DNA of 61,853 nt, the filler included, from Coriobacteriales bacterium (lineage in GTDB: Bacteria > Actinomycetota > Coriobacteriia > Coriobacteriales > UBA8131), in assembly GCA_031263105.1 (NCBI GenBank). It is 5 parts of 5 records of this genome, joined end to end, with 100 filler letters (N's around TTAATTAATTAA, not from the genome) between each part and the next. Parts side by side here need not be neighbours in the genome. Positions count along the whole stretch, not along the records: positions 20,584 to 33,988 come from JAISGJ010000022.1; 4 more parts are not named here. One strand, written 5' to 3'. The position numbers were made by a program, and so were the translations under genes. The notes under the pieces are model-generated. The model had not been told where the DNA came from. It saw nothing but the letters and a program-made list of their open reading frames with translations, and made no database searches. Below are positions 20,584-30,114 of this stretch, piece after piece (the stretch's first letter is position 1; the number at the start of each line of letters is the position of its first letter).

Positions 20584-23126
20584 GCGATGCGGATGGCGTC
20601 CATGGCGCTTTCTGCGCCCAGCTTGTCGTAGATCATCTGCAGCATCGTCTTGACGGTGTTGATGGATATCCCGTGCGCAAGCGATATCTCCGCCCGCGAG
20701 AGGCCCTGCGAGAGGTCGCGGAGCACCTCGACCTCCTTGTTCGTGAGCTGGATGCTCGCATCGGGGTCGCGTCCCTCAAGGTAGCGGGAGCGGACGAAGG
20801 CGACGCGCTTTGCATAGGTCGTCGCCTTGCTGCGGATGGTCGTGAGCCATGCGGTCGGCAACCCGGGCGCGGAGTCCTTGAGCGCGGCGGTGGCAAGGCC
20901 GCGCATGTTGTTGCCGAACTCGACGAACGGCATGACGAGGTCGCAGGGGCGCGCCCGGTCGTAGGCCTCCTTCAGATGGGCGAAGGCCTCGGCACGGTTC
21001 CCCAGGCGCAGATGGGCGATGGCCTTGGTCACGGTAAGCCCCACCTGTCCGACATAGAAGCGCATGATGCCGAAATGCGTGCTGCGGTTCTCGGCGAAGG
21101 CGAGCAGGGTCTCGTAGTCCTTTATCGCAAGGTAGTATCTGAGCTTGGCGAAGTCCTCCACGCCGCCGATGAGCTGGTTCAGCCCCGATGACCACAGGTC
21201 GCTCTTGAGCCAGTTCTCCACCTGGCCCACCTCCCCGATCATCGCAAAGAACCAGCTGGTGGCGATGTCGTGCAGCAGGTAGCGGTTCGCGAACGTGGGT
21301 TGCCTTATCAGCTCTTCGAACTGCGAGAGCACGTCCATGGCTTGCTCGTACTTGCCTGTCTGGAGATAGATGCGCAAAAGCAGGTACAGGGCCCTGCCCA
21401 CGATCTCGTACTGGTCGTAGGCCTGGGCGTCGCCGATACAGTGCAGCGCATGGTTCTCTGCCTCGGTGCTCAGGCCACGGAAGTACGCATACTCGGCGCT
21501 CATCAGGCCGTCCAGGCCGACCATGCAGCCCCTGAAGGTGATTGCCGTGCACGCCGTCGCCTGCCGCACCGCCTCGATGCAGGCCTCCGGCTCGCCCTTC
21601 CTGCCGCGTCCCACCAGCAGGGCGAAGGGCCCGATGTTGTACAGCATCCGCCCTCCGACAGGGGGCCGTGACGCCCGATCGAAGTACACGAGCGCATCCT
21701 TGAAATGCCGGGCGAAATCGTAGTCATGCGTCTCGGGGCAGATGGCCATCTTGGCAAAGCCGAGCGTATTGTGCAGCCCCATCAGGGTGCGACAGGTGCC
21801 TGCGTCCAACGGGCGACCCTCAAGCAGCGTCAGGTACTCGTGGATCAGGTCGATGGCCTCCTCGACCCTGCCCAAGGTCATGATGAGCCGGGGATGGAGC
21901 GCGCGTGCGCCCGGGTTGCCTTCGAAGAACTCGTCGGGCGCCTGCTTGAATATCTCGAGCAGCACCTCGGCCACATCGAAGGGCATGACCAGCGGATAGG
22001 TGTAGGCGACCCGGATGATGGCGTCGTAGTCCCCCAGCATCTGGTAATACGAGATGGCATCGATGCGGTAGCCGTTCCTCTCGCACCAGCACGCGGCCTT
22101 TTGGTGGACCTCCTGGCGCTCCTGCTCCGTGAGCAGGTCCCTCTTGTCCTCCAGGTACTGCAACAGCAGGTGATGAAGATGGTACACGTGCATATAGTGG
22201 TCGTACCGTATGAGCGAACCAGTGAGCATCAGCTCGTCCATCGCCTCCTGCCCGCCCTTCAGCTCGGCTATCATCTCAGGGGACAGATGCCTGACGAGCG
22301 AGAGCATGACGAGGAACTTCTGAAGGTCCTCGGAGACGACGGAGAAGACCTGCTCGTCGATGAGCCGGTTGATGTTCCCCCTGAGCGCGAGACGGAGGTA
22401 GGCGCTGTCCTTCGGGCTGCGTTCAAGCAGATGGGCCGCAAGGGAGACCGCAAAGGGCATGCCCTCCGTATCGTGGTAGATGTCGCTCGCAAGGTCGGCG
22501 CAGGACGCGACGCCCATCAACTCGAAATACTCCTGTATCTCGCTTTTGGTGAACGCGAACTCGCCCTCGTCGATGCGTGAGAGCAGCTTCTTGCGCACCA
22601 TCTCATACGTGTTGGGGAGGTTGTCGAAGCGCGACAAGGTGACGGCGGATATGCCCGGGGAGAGCGACTCGACGAAATGGGAGATAAGTTCGAGGACCGG
22701 GCCGTCCTTGAGGAGGTGCAGGTCGTCGAAGACGACCACATAGCGATAGCGCGGTTTGAACTCGTTGCGGAGCATCCTTGCCAGGTTGGCCTGCATCTCC
22801 TCGGAGGCGGGGAAGCCCATGGCGAGCATCGACTTCGCCAGATCGTGGTTCAACGGCGCAATCGCGCACTGGAAGGTCTCCCAGAAGTGGGACGCCATGT
22901 TGTCTTGGCTTGAGAGCTGCACCCAGACGGTGCGGATGCCCTTCGCCCGCAGGTACGAGTACAGCGCGGTCGACTTCCCGTATCCGGGGCCTGCGACGAC
23001 AGAGGTGAGCGGGCGGAGAAGGGCGCGGTCGAGCAGGTCATCCAGCCGCACCCTGCGCAGGATGTTCTGATCCTCGAGGCCTGTCAACGGTATAGACGGC
23101 CTAGACTCCCCCTTGTGCCCAGCCAT
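20584..23126 (-). CDS. MalT-like LuxR-family (LAL/STAND) transcriptional regulator, 3' end cut by the contig edge
   Basis: VAGPGYGKST Walker A, VVFDDLH Walker B, TEGMPFAV, C-terminal HTH LTNKEVEVL...ISINTVK...IYDKLG. Confidence 0.9.
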
Positions 23127-23578
23127 GCTCTTCGCTTTCTCCCCATACCCACAGTGGAAGGAATTATAGCACAAGACAGACAGCTTTGCGCAAACGGCCT
23201 CGCATGGCGGCACAGGGCCCGGCGGGACGGTGGTTACGGTATGGGGGATTATGTGGTTTGAAAGGATAGACGAGTGCCGCGTGAAGGGAGTGGGGCTGAA
23301 GCAATGGCACAGGATAGGTGCCTGGTGAGGGGAGTGGTGCTGAAGGCACGGCACTCGTCTTGTCGGGAGCACGCCACATCCGAGACGGGGACAAAGGAAG
23401 GGCGTCGCGATATGTCAAGTTGCGTAGGTACATCGGCTCGGGTACTTGTTTCCGGCTCTTTTTTACTCCTCTACCGTTATACCAAGCGCACGCGTCGCAA
23501 ACCTCACCCTGTTTTCGGTTTTATGGCGATTTCACGAATCTTTTATAGGTTTTGTGGGCGTAAGGGGGGCGAAAGGCA

Positions 23579-23621
23579 GAAAAAACACCCCACCTGCGCT
23601 CCTTTCCCGTAGGTGGGGTGT
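23579..23621 (-). terminator. Rho-independent terminator after the flavoprotein gene
   Basis: Minus strand ACACCCCACCTACG...CGCAGGTGGGGTGT hairpin followed by a T-run. Confidence 0.65.
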
Positions 23622-23696
23622 CCGTGCAGGGCCCCTTCATGGGGGACGGCGTCCCCGACGTCCCGCGCCTGCCGCCGCGCGTCACGAGGGCGGGAC

Positions 23697-25541
23697 CTAG
23701 GCGGCGGCGTTCCTCCCGGCAAGGCGCCCGAAGCTGAGCGCGGTTCCCAGGCTGACGCCGGCGACCGTCACGGGGTACTCCACGAGGAAGCGCCCGCCCA
23801 TGTTGTTGCCCGTGGCGAACAGCCCAGGCACCGGCTTCCCTGTCGCGTCGAGCACGCGCAGGTCGAGGTCGGTCGTCAGGCCGCCCATGACGACCAGCAT
23901 GCCCGCACTGCCGAACTCGCAGGCGTAGAACGGCGCCTCGGCGACGGGATAGAGGCGGCGGGGATCCTTGCCGAAGTCATCGTCGCTGCCCTGTGCGCAA
24001 AGCTCGTTGTAGCGTGCTATCTCCGCCGCGACCACGTCGGCAGGCAGGTTCATCTGCGCCGCAAGGTCCTCGATGGTGTCTGCCTTGCAGGTCACCGCGT
24101 CCTCGACCATCTGGTTCGTGGTGTAGCCCAGACCGAAACCGGCAAGCACAGTCTCGTACTCGGCCATCTTGTCGTCGGGCACGAAGTAGTTCACGTAACC
24201 GTGCCCGGTCGGCTGGCTGAGCAGCTGCTCCGGCCATTTGGCATCGAATATCTGCCACGACCCCTTGCCAGGCTGGCGGGAGAGCTGGTCGGCGATGTTC
24301 TGCCCGGGGATGTCCTCGTTCATGAAGCGCTTGCCTTCGAGGTTGAGCTGCAGGAAGGCGTTGACGCCCAGTGCGCCGCCCATATGGTGCGTCATCGGTG
24401 CCAGCGGGCCGAGCTCCATCTCGCCGCCGGCCCAGATGCCCATGAGCTGTCCGTCGCCCGTGTTGCAGGGAACGCCGAGCGGGTCCATCTGCGTGTAGAA
24501 GCAGACGAACTCGTTGGCCCAGGGGACGTAATAGTCGCGCATCTCGGCGTTGTTGCCGAAGTCGCCCGTCGCCAGCACGACGCTCTTGGCGTTGATCTGC
24601 CGGTAGACGCCGTCCTTGTCATGCACGTAGGCACCCGTGACCGCACCGCTCCCGTCCGTTATCAGCTGCTCGCCCCACGTGCCGAACAGCACCTCGGCAC
24701 CTAGGCCCTGGGCGACCTTCAGCGAGTTCTCGCAGGCCCATTGCATGTTGGGATTGGTGGTGATGGTGCCGTGGAAGTAGGGGAAGTACTCCGTGCGGTA
24801 GTCGTAGCCCTCAAGGGGCGGGAAGCACTTGGGGCGGATGTAGTTGGGCAGGTCGGTCGCCTTGTTCGCGGCCGTCGAAGGCAGCACCTCGAACTCGGCG
24901 CCCTCGACGAGCCAGTCGAAGTCCTCGCCCGAGTGGTCGTACCAGTAGTTGAACAGCACGGGGTTGGGCCGATAGGTCATGTCCTTCTGCAGCTGGTTCA
25001 CGATGACGGACTTGGGCGCCCATTCGATGCCCAGATCCTTCTGTATCTGCGAGCCGACGACGCCGAAGTCGCCCGCCATGCTCACTACGCCGAAGGCCTC
25101 CTGCTTCTCCACGCCGATGACCTTCTTGCCGGCCTCCGCCGCCTCGCGCAGCGCGGCGACCCCGGCAAGCCCCACGCCGACGACGAGGACGTCGCAGTCC
25201 AGGACCTCGGCGATGTCGGCGGGCACGGGCGGGGGCGTGAGGAAGCCCGGGGCGCCGCCGGTCGCGGCGGGGCCGGTCGTGACGGGGGCATCCGCAGCGG
25301 CATCGGCCTGGCCGCCTGTCGCCGCATCCTCGTCCGCGCCTGCATCGGCCGCAGGTGCAGGCGCAGGTGCGCAGCCGATAAGTCCCGCTGCGGCCACGGC
25401 AGCCGCCGCACCCACGCCGCCAAGGAACACGCGGCGAGAGAAGCCCTCCGCCTGTCCTGTGTCCGACGCCTCGGCCTGCGATGCCTCGCCTGCCTCGAAC
25501 AGCTCCTGTGCCTCAAGCTTCCTGTGCGTGCTCCTGTTCAT
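23697..25541 (-). CDS. Tat-exported FAD-dependent oxidoreductase (fumarate reductase/flavocytochrome c flavin subunit family)
   Basis: SRRVFLGG twin-arginine signal with LIGC lipobox-like site, DVLVVGVGLAG, VVLATGDF, NTGDG, GKRFMNE, PGLFATGN, ALSFGRLAG. Confidence 0.92.
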   Translation of the reverse strand: MNRSTHRKLEAQELFEAGEASQAEASDTGQAEGFSRRVFLGGVGAAAAVAAAGLIGCAPAPAPAADAGADEDAATGGQADAAADAPVTTGPAATGGAPGFLTPPPVPADIAEVLDCDVLVVGVGLAGVAALREAAEAGKKVIGVEKQEAFGVVSMAGDFGVVGSQIQKDLGIEWAPKSVIVNQLQKDMTYRPNPVLFNYWYDHSGEDFDWLVEGAEFEVLPSTAANKATDLPNYIRPKCFPPLEGYDYRTEYFPYFHGTITTNPNMQWACENSLKVAQGLGAEVLFGTWGEQLITDGSGAVTGAYVHDKDGVYRQINAKSVVLATGDFGNNAEMRDYYVPWANEFVCFYTQMDPLGVPCNTGDGQLMGIWAGGEMELGPLAPMTHHMGGALGVNAFLQLNLEGKRFMNEDIPGQNIADQLSRQPGKGSWQIFDAKWPEQLLSQPTGHGYVNYFVPDDKMAEYETVLAGFGLGYTTNQMVEDAVTCKADTIEDLAAQMNLPADVVAAEIARYNELCAQGSDDDFGKDPRRLYPVAEAPFYACEFGSAGMLVVMGGLTTDLDLRVLDATGKPVPGLFATGNNMGGRFLVEYPVTVAGVSLGTALSFGRLAGRNAAA

Positions 25542-25606
25542 AAGACCTCATCCTTTCTTTCCATACCAACGCTGTGTCACTTCCCTTAGGAGGCGCCGAT
25601 TGCATC

Positions 25607-25768
25607 GTTACTGTCCACACCCCACTGTCATTCCGAGCTCCGCCGAGGAATCCTTGGACACGCAGTGTCCAACGGCAGGTCAGGGGGCCTCTCGACCTGC
25701 GGTCGACCGCTGGCGCGGCCGAAGATCCCTCGGCAGGCTCGGGATGACAGGGGGGTGTGGACAGTAAC
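25607..25768. mobile_element. MITE copy (162 bp) with 8-bp TSD
   Basis: TIRs GTTACTGTCCACACCCC ... GGGGTGTGGACAGTAAC; ATTGCATC at 25599-25606 and 25769-25776; nearly identical, inverted, to 15780-15940. Confidence 0.9.
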
Positions 25769-25798
25769 ATTGCATCAGCTTCGAATCGGCACTTCCCT

Positions 25799-25835
25799 TC
25801 CGTTTGTTGACAAACGGATACCGCTACCGTACAGT
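25799..25835 (+). promoter_or_regulatory. Promoter of the LuxR gene with overlapping palindromic operator
   Basis: TTGACA(25807)-17 bp-TACAGT(25830); palindrome TCCGTTTGT-TG-ACAAACGGA at 25799-25818 covers the -35. Confidence 0.65.
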
Positions 25836-25952
25836 CAGGATGTGAGGAAGGCTCCATCTGTTAATGGCGAAACGTTTGAAGGGCTCGCCCGTTTCGGGTG
25901 ATATTCGGGCGATGCCCACGCGGTACCAGAAGACGAGGATCGGGCTGTGTCT

Positions 25953-27545
25953 ATGGTTTCCCTCAAAGACGCGGACAAGGGGATGCTCGGTCGAACGACC
26001 TTGGGCTATGCGCTCCTTTTGCTCTGCGAGTTTGCCTGCGTGCACAGCGCCACCGTGTTCGCACGAACATCCCTGCCCGACTCCGGGCACATCGACCTGT
26101 TCGGCATCCTTGTCCTGGCTGCGGAGCTTGTCGTCTTCGTGGCAGGGGCCGGCACGTGGCAGCACTTTGCCCGACGGGCGCAGCAGGCGCTCATCGGCAT
26201 CGCCTGCCTGTTGGCCATCGCGGGGCTGGTCTGCGTATTCCTGCTCGAAGCCCTGCGCGTCTTGCAGCCGGACGCGCTGTTCGGCCTCCTGGTCGCCGCA
26301 GCCGTCACGCTGGGACTGGGAATAGCCCTCTACAGCCTTGCCTGGGCCCGGGTGTTCAGCGGACTCAGCCCCAAGGAGCTGTATCGACGGGTCATCTTCA
26401 GCTATCTTGTCGGCCTTCTCCTGTACCTGCTCCTCATGCTCATGCCTACGGAGGCGGTGGTGCCCCTCGCCCTCGTCGCCGTCATGGGCAGCGCGGCGCT
26501 GTTCGCCTCGATAGCCGCATCGTCTGCGCCTGCGGCGGCTGCGGCTGCGGACCCGTCGGCGCTGACGCCGCCTGTGGCCTCGCCCGCAGCCTCGCCCGCG
26601 CCGTCTGCGCCTGCGGCCCTGTCGGCCGCGGCGCCCCCGTCGGCATCGGCGACCGCGGCCCCGCCTGCGGCCTTCCGGGCGGGAGGGCCGCTCAAGCGCG
26701 TGGCGCGGCTGCTCTGGCGACCGGTCCTCTGCACGGCGGCGTTCGGCTTCATGAGCGGGCTGACGTCGCAGATTTCCGCCCAGGGGCGTCTGCCCCTTGA
26801 GTCGTTCCAGCAGACATCCATACTGGCAAGCCTCATCGTCGTGGGGATACTGCTTCTACCGGCGCTCATCCTGTCCAAGCCCCCGGACATCACGACCGCC
26901 TACCGCATCGCCCTGCCCATCACCGCCGCCGGCTTCATGCTGCTGCCCTTCGTATGGGACACGCTGTTCGGGCTGGCCAACGCCCTGGTGAACATGGGGC
27001 TGATGGTGGTCTCCATCATACTGTGGTGCATGCTCGCTTCCACGACGGCGCAGACCCGTCTCCCGGCCCAGGTGGTCTTCGGTGCCTGCCTGGCGGTCAC
27101 CATCGGGGCGCGGCTGCTCGGCAAGGTGCTGGGCTTCGTCTACGAGAGCCACCTGACCCAGGACTTCCTTTCGCTCGCTGCGGTCGCCCTCGTTTCCATC
27201 TACCTGCTCAGCATGCTCTCACTGGTGCTCTTCAAGGGGCAGCGCTTCACCCGTGGGCACGAGGCGGAGGGCGAGGGGCTCAAGGTCGTCGTCTGGGGAG
27301 AGGACCGCTACCGCGAGTGCTGCGGCGACATCGCCCGGACGGCGGACTTCACCCCTCGCGAGTTCGAGGTGCTGCTGCTGTTGGGGCAGGGACGTTCGAT
27401 TGCCAGCGTCTCCAAATGCCTGTTCGTCTCGGAGAACACCACCAAGTCCCATATCCGCAGCATCTATCAGAAACTGGGAATCCACTCCAAGCAAGAGCTC
27501 ATCGACCTCGTCGGCGACTCCCTCGGCTCCCTCGAGAAGGCTTAA
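25953..27545 (+). CDS. Multi-TM LuxR-family transcriptional regulator
   Basis: About 12 hydrophobic segments, then FTPREFEVLLLLGQGRS...VSENTTKSHIRSIYQKLGIHSKQEL; divergent from the flavoprotein gene. Confidence 0.92.
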   Translation: MVSLKDADKGMLGRTTLGYALLLLCEFACVHSATVFARTSLPDSGHIDLFGILVLAAELVVFVAGAGTWQHFARRAQQALIGIACLLAIAGLVCVFLLEALRVLQPDALFGLLVAAAVTLGLGIALYSLAWARVFSGLSPKELYRRVIFSYLVGLLLYLLLMLMPTEAVVPLALVAVMGSAALFASIAASSAPAAAAAADPSALTPPVASPAASPAPSAPAALSAAAPPSASATAAPPAAFRAGGPLKRVARLLWRPVLCTAAFGFMSGLTSQISAQGRLPLESFQQTSILASLIVVGILLLPALILSKPPDITTAYRIALPITAAGFMLLPFVWDTLFGLANALVNMGLMVVSIILWCMLASTTAQTRLPAQVVFGACLAVTIGARLLGKVLGFVYESHLTQDFLSLAAVALVSIYLLSMLSLVLFKGQRFTRGHEAEGEGLKVVVWGEDRYRECCGDIARTADFTPREFEVLLLLGQGRSIASVSKCLFVSENTTKSHIRSIYQKLGIHSKQELIDLVGDSLGSLEKA

Positions 27546-27556
27546 GGGTCGTCGCC

Positions 27557-29473
27557 TCAGAGCCGGGCGGCCTCGATGAGGGCGGAGAACTCCGCCAACG
27601 GCTGCGAGCCGAGGTCTCCCTCCTTGCGCTCGCGCACGCTGACGGTGCCCGATGCGGCCTCCTTGTCGCCGACCACGAGCATATAGGGTATCTTGCGCGA
27701 CTGCGCCCGCGCTATCTTCGCGCGCATCGGCTCGTTCTGGTCGAAGACCTCGACGCGCCCCCCGACGCGCCCGAGCGCGTCTCTCACCTCGAAGGCGTAG
27801 TCGTTATGGCGGTCGGCGATGGGGATGACCGCGACCTGCAACGGCGCAAGCCACAGCGGCAGCGCGCCCGCGTAGTGTTCGAGCAGTATCCCTAAGAAGC
27901 GCTCGATGCTGCCGAAGATCGCACGATGCAGCATCCAAGGCTGCTCCTCGCTGTTGTCGGCCGTGCGGTACGTGAGGTTGAAGCGCTCGGGGAAGTTGAA
28001 GTCGACCTGGATGGTCGAGCACTGCCAGGTGCGGCCGATGGCGTCCTTCACCTTGATGTCGATTTTGGGGCCGTAGAACGCACCGTCGCCCTCGTTGATG
28101 TCGTAGGCGAGCCCGTGCGCCTCGCACGCCCGCTCGAGCTGCTCGGTCGCGAAGGCCCACTTCGCGTCCTCCCCGATGGACTTCTCGGGACGGGTGGATA
28201 TCTCGGCCGTATAGGTGAACCCGAAGGTCTCCATGATGTGGTCCACGAGGTCGAGCATGGAGACCACCTCGTCGAGCACCTGGTCGCTGCGGCAGAAGAT
28301 ATGGGCGTCGTCCTGCGTGAAGCCCCGCGCACGCAACAGGCCGTGCACGACGCCGCTCAGCTCGTGGCGGTACACCGTCCCGAACTCGAAGAAGCGCAGG
28401 GGCAGATCGCGATAGGAGCGCAGGTCGTTCGCGTAGAGCATCACATGGCCGGGGCAGTTCATCGGCTTCACGCCGTACTCCGAGACCTTGCTCCTGTCCT
28501 TGGCCTCGGACTCGTCCACCTGGAAGAAGTACATGTTGTCCTTGTAGAAGTAATAGTGCCCGGACTGCTTCCACACGTCCGCATGGTAGATATGCGGGGT
28601 GATGACCTCCTCGTAGCCACGGTCGTACAGGTCGCGGCGCAGCCACTCCTGCAGCAGCCGGATGACGCGGGCCCCGTTGGGCAGGTAGAGCGGCAGGCCG
28701 ACGCCGGCCCTCTCATCCATCGTATAGATGCCGAGCTCACGGCCGAGCTTGCGATGGTCGCGCTTCTCCGCCTCCTCGATGCGCTCAAGGTAGGCGTCGA
28801 GGTCCTTGGGGGAGAACCACGCCGTCCCGTAGATGCGCTGGAGCATCTGGCGGTCGCTGTCGCCGCGCCAGTAGGCGCCCGCGAGCCTGGTGAGCTTGAA
28901 GGCGGCCACACGGGAGGTGTCCGGGATATGCGGGCCCCGGCACAGGTCGAGGAAGGAACCCTGCTGATAGACCGAGATGACGCTGTCCGGGGGCAGCTCG
29001 TCGATGAGCTCGAGCTTGAGGGGCTGCTCGGCAAACAGCTGGCGTGCCTCGGCGAGCGAGACCTCGCGCCGGGCGAAGGGGCGCGCCTGGCCGATGATGG
29101 CGGCCATGCGCTCCTCCAGGGCGACGAGGTCGTCGGGGGTGACCGAGCGTCCTATCTCGATGTCGTAGTAGAAGCCGTCCTCTATCGCCGGGCCGATGCC
29201 GAACTGCGCCTGCGGGAACAGCTCCTGGACCGCTTCGGCCATGATGTGGGCGGTCGAGTGGCGCAGTATCCCCAGCGCCTCGGGATCCCTGTTCGTGACG
29301 ATCTCGACGGTCGCGCCGTCGTATACGGGGCAGGAAAGGTCGACGAGGGTGCCGTCCAGCCTTCCGGCAAGGGCGGCCTTCGCAAGGCCGGCGCCGATTC
29401 GTGCCGCCACATCGGCAAGCGTCGCGCCGGGCTCCTGTTGTTGGATGGAGCCATCCGGGAGTTTGATATCCAT
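27557..29473 (-). CDS. thrS: Threonine--tRNA ligase
   Basis: TGS domain MDIKLPDG, LRHSTAH, DLCRGPH, RDHRKLG, KPMNCPGH, GAFYGPKID, HRAIFGSIERF. Confidence 0.98.
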   Translation of the reverse strand: MDIKLPDGSIQQQEPGATLADVAARIGAGLAKAALAGRLDGTLVDLSCPVYDGATVEIVTNRDPEALGILRHSTAHIMAEAVQELFPQAQFGIGPAIEDGFYYDIEIGRSVTPDDLVALEERMAAIIGQARPFARREVSLAEARQLFAEQPLKLELIDELPPDSVISVYQQGSFLDLCRGPHIPDTSRVAAFKLTRLAGAYWRGDSDRQMLQRIYGTAWFSPKDLDAYLERIEEAEKRDHRKLGRELGIYTMDERAGVGLPLYLPNGARVIRLLQEWLRRDLYDRGYEEVITPHIYHADVWKQSGHYYFYKDNMYFFQVDESEAKDRSKVSEYGVKPMNCPGHVMLYANDLRSYRDLPLRFFEFGTVYRHELSGVVHGLLRARGFTQDDAHIFCRSDQVLDEVVSMLDLVDHIMETFGFTYTAEISTRPEKSIGEDAKWAFATEQLERACEAHGLAYDINEGDGAFYGPKIDIKVKDAIGRTWQCSTIQVDFNFPERFNLTYRTADNSEEQPWMLHRAIFGSIERFLGILLEHYAGALPLWLAPLQVAVIPIADRHNDYAFEVRDALGRVGGRVEVFDQNEPMRAKIARAQSRKIPYMLVVGDKEAASGTVSVRERKEGDLGSQPLAEFSALIEAARL

Positions 29474-29564
29474 AGCAGCTACCTCTGTTGGTCGGGGCCC
29501 ACGGGGAGAAGCAAGGGGGGAACCAGGACGAGCGGGGCCAAGGGAGGGCGCCGGCAGGGCAGGC

Positions 29565-30002
29565 CTACCGTCGAACCTGCGTACAGCAGAACGGACAGAC
29601 CCTCCAGTCGGGGTTGAGGGCATGGCCGCAGGTCTTGCATTCGTTCTTCAGCTGTGTGCCGCATTTGGGACAGACAAGGTATTCCCGCTCGACGGGATAC
29701 CCGCATTTCCCACATTCTCCATACTTCATCAGTTCGCGCTGCTTGAGCGTGAAGTCGAGGTCCTGCTCGTCGCGGTCGGAAAGGAGCATCGGCGGCCGCA
29801 TCATCGAGTAGGCGACGGCCCCCAAAAACGGCACCAGCGAGACGACGCCCCAGATGATGGGGTTCGACCCTCGCAGATAGGAGTCACGGATGACCCAGAT
29901 GATCGAGATGAGGTACAGGATGCCGACGACGATGATGACCCCCATGAGAAACATCTTCATCTGCGGCGTGATTATCGACTCTAAGACTTCTCCCAAATCC
30001 AT
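29565..30002 (-). CDS. Membrane protein with C-terminal double zinc ribbon
   Basis: Two TM helices then CGKC/CPKC/CKTC/CPFC. Confidence 0.85.
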   Translation of the reverse strand: MDLGEVLESIITPQMKMFLMGVIIVVGILYLISIIWVIRDSYLRGSNPIIWGVVSLVPFLGAVAYSMMRPPMLLSDRDEQDLDFTLKQRELMKYGECGKCGYPVEREYLVCPKCGTQLKNECKTCGHALNPDWRVCPFCCTQVRR

Positions 30003-30114
30003 AGGGGATTCCTTTTCTCTGGCACATCTTGCACGATGGGACGCAACCGTACAATTCTACCAGAAGCAGCCATGCCGCACATTCGACGTCCAAACGTCCC
30101 ATAAGGGGCACAGA

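Noticed and set aside
29474..29564. T-box leader upstream of thrS (also checked for trpS and glyQ)
   Set aside because: Intergenic spaces are short and I see no T-box consensus with specifier stem.
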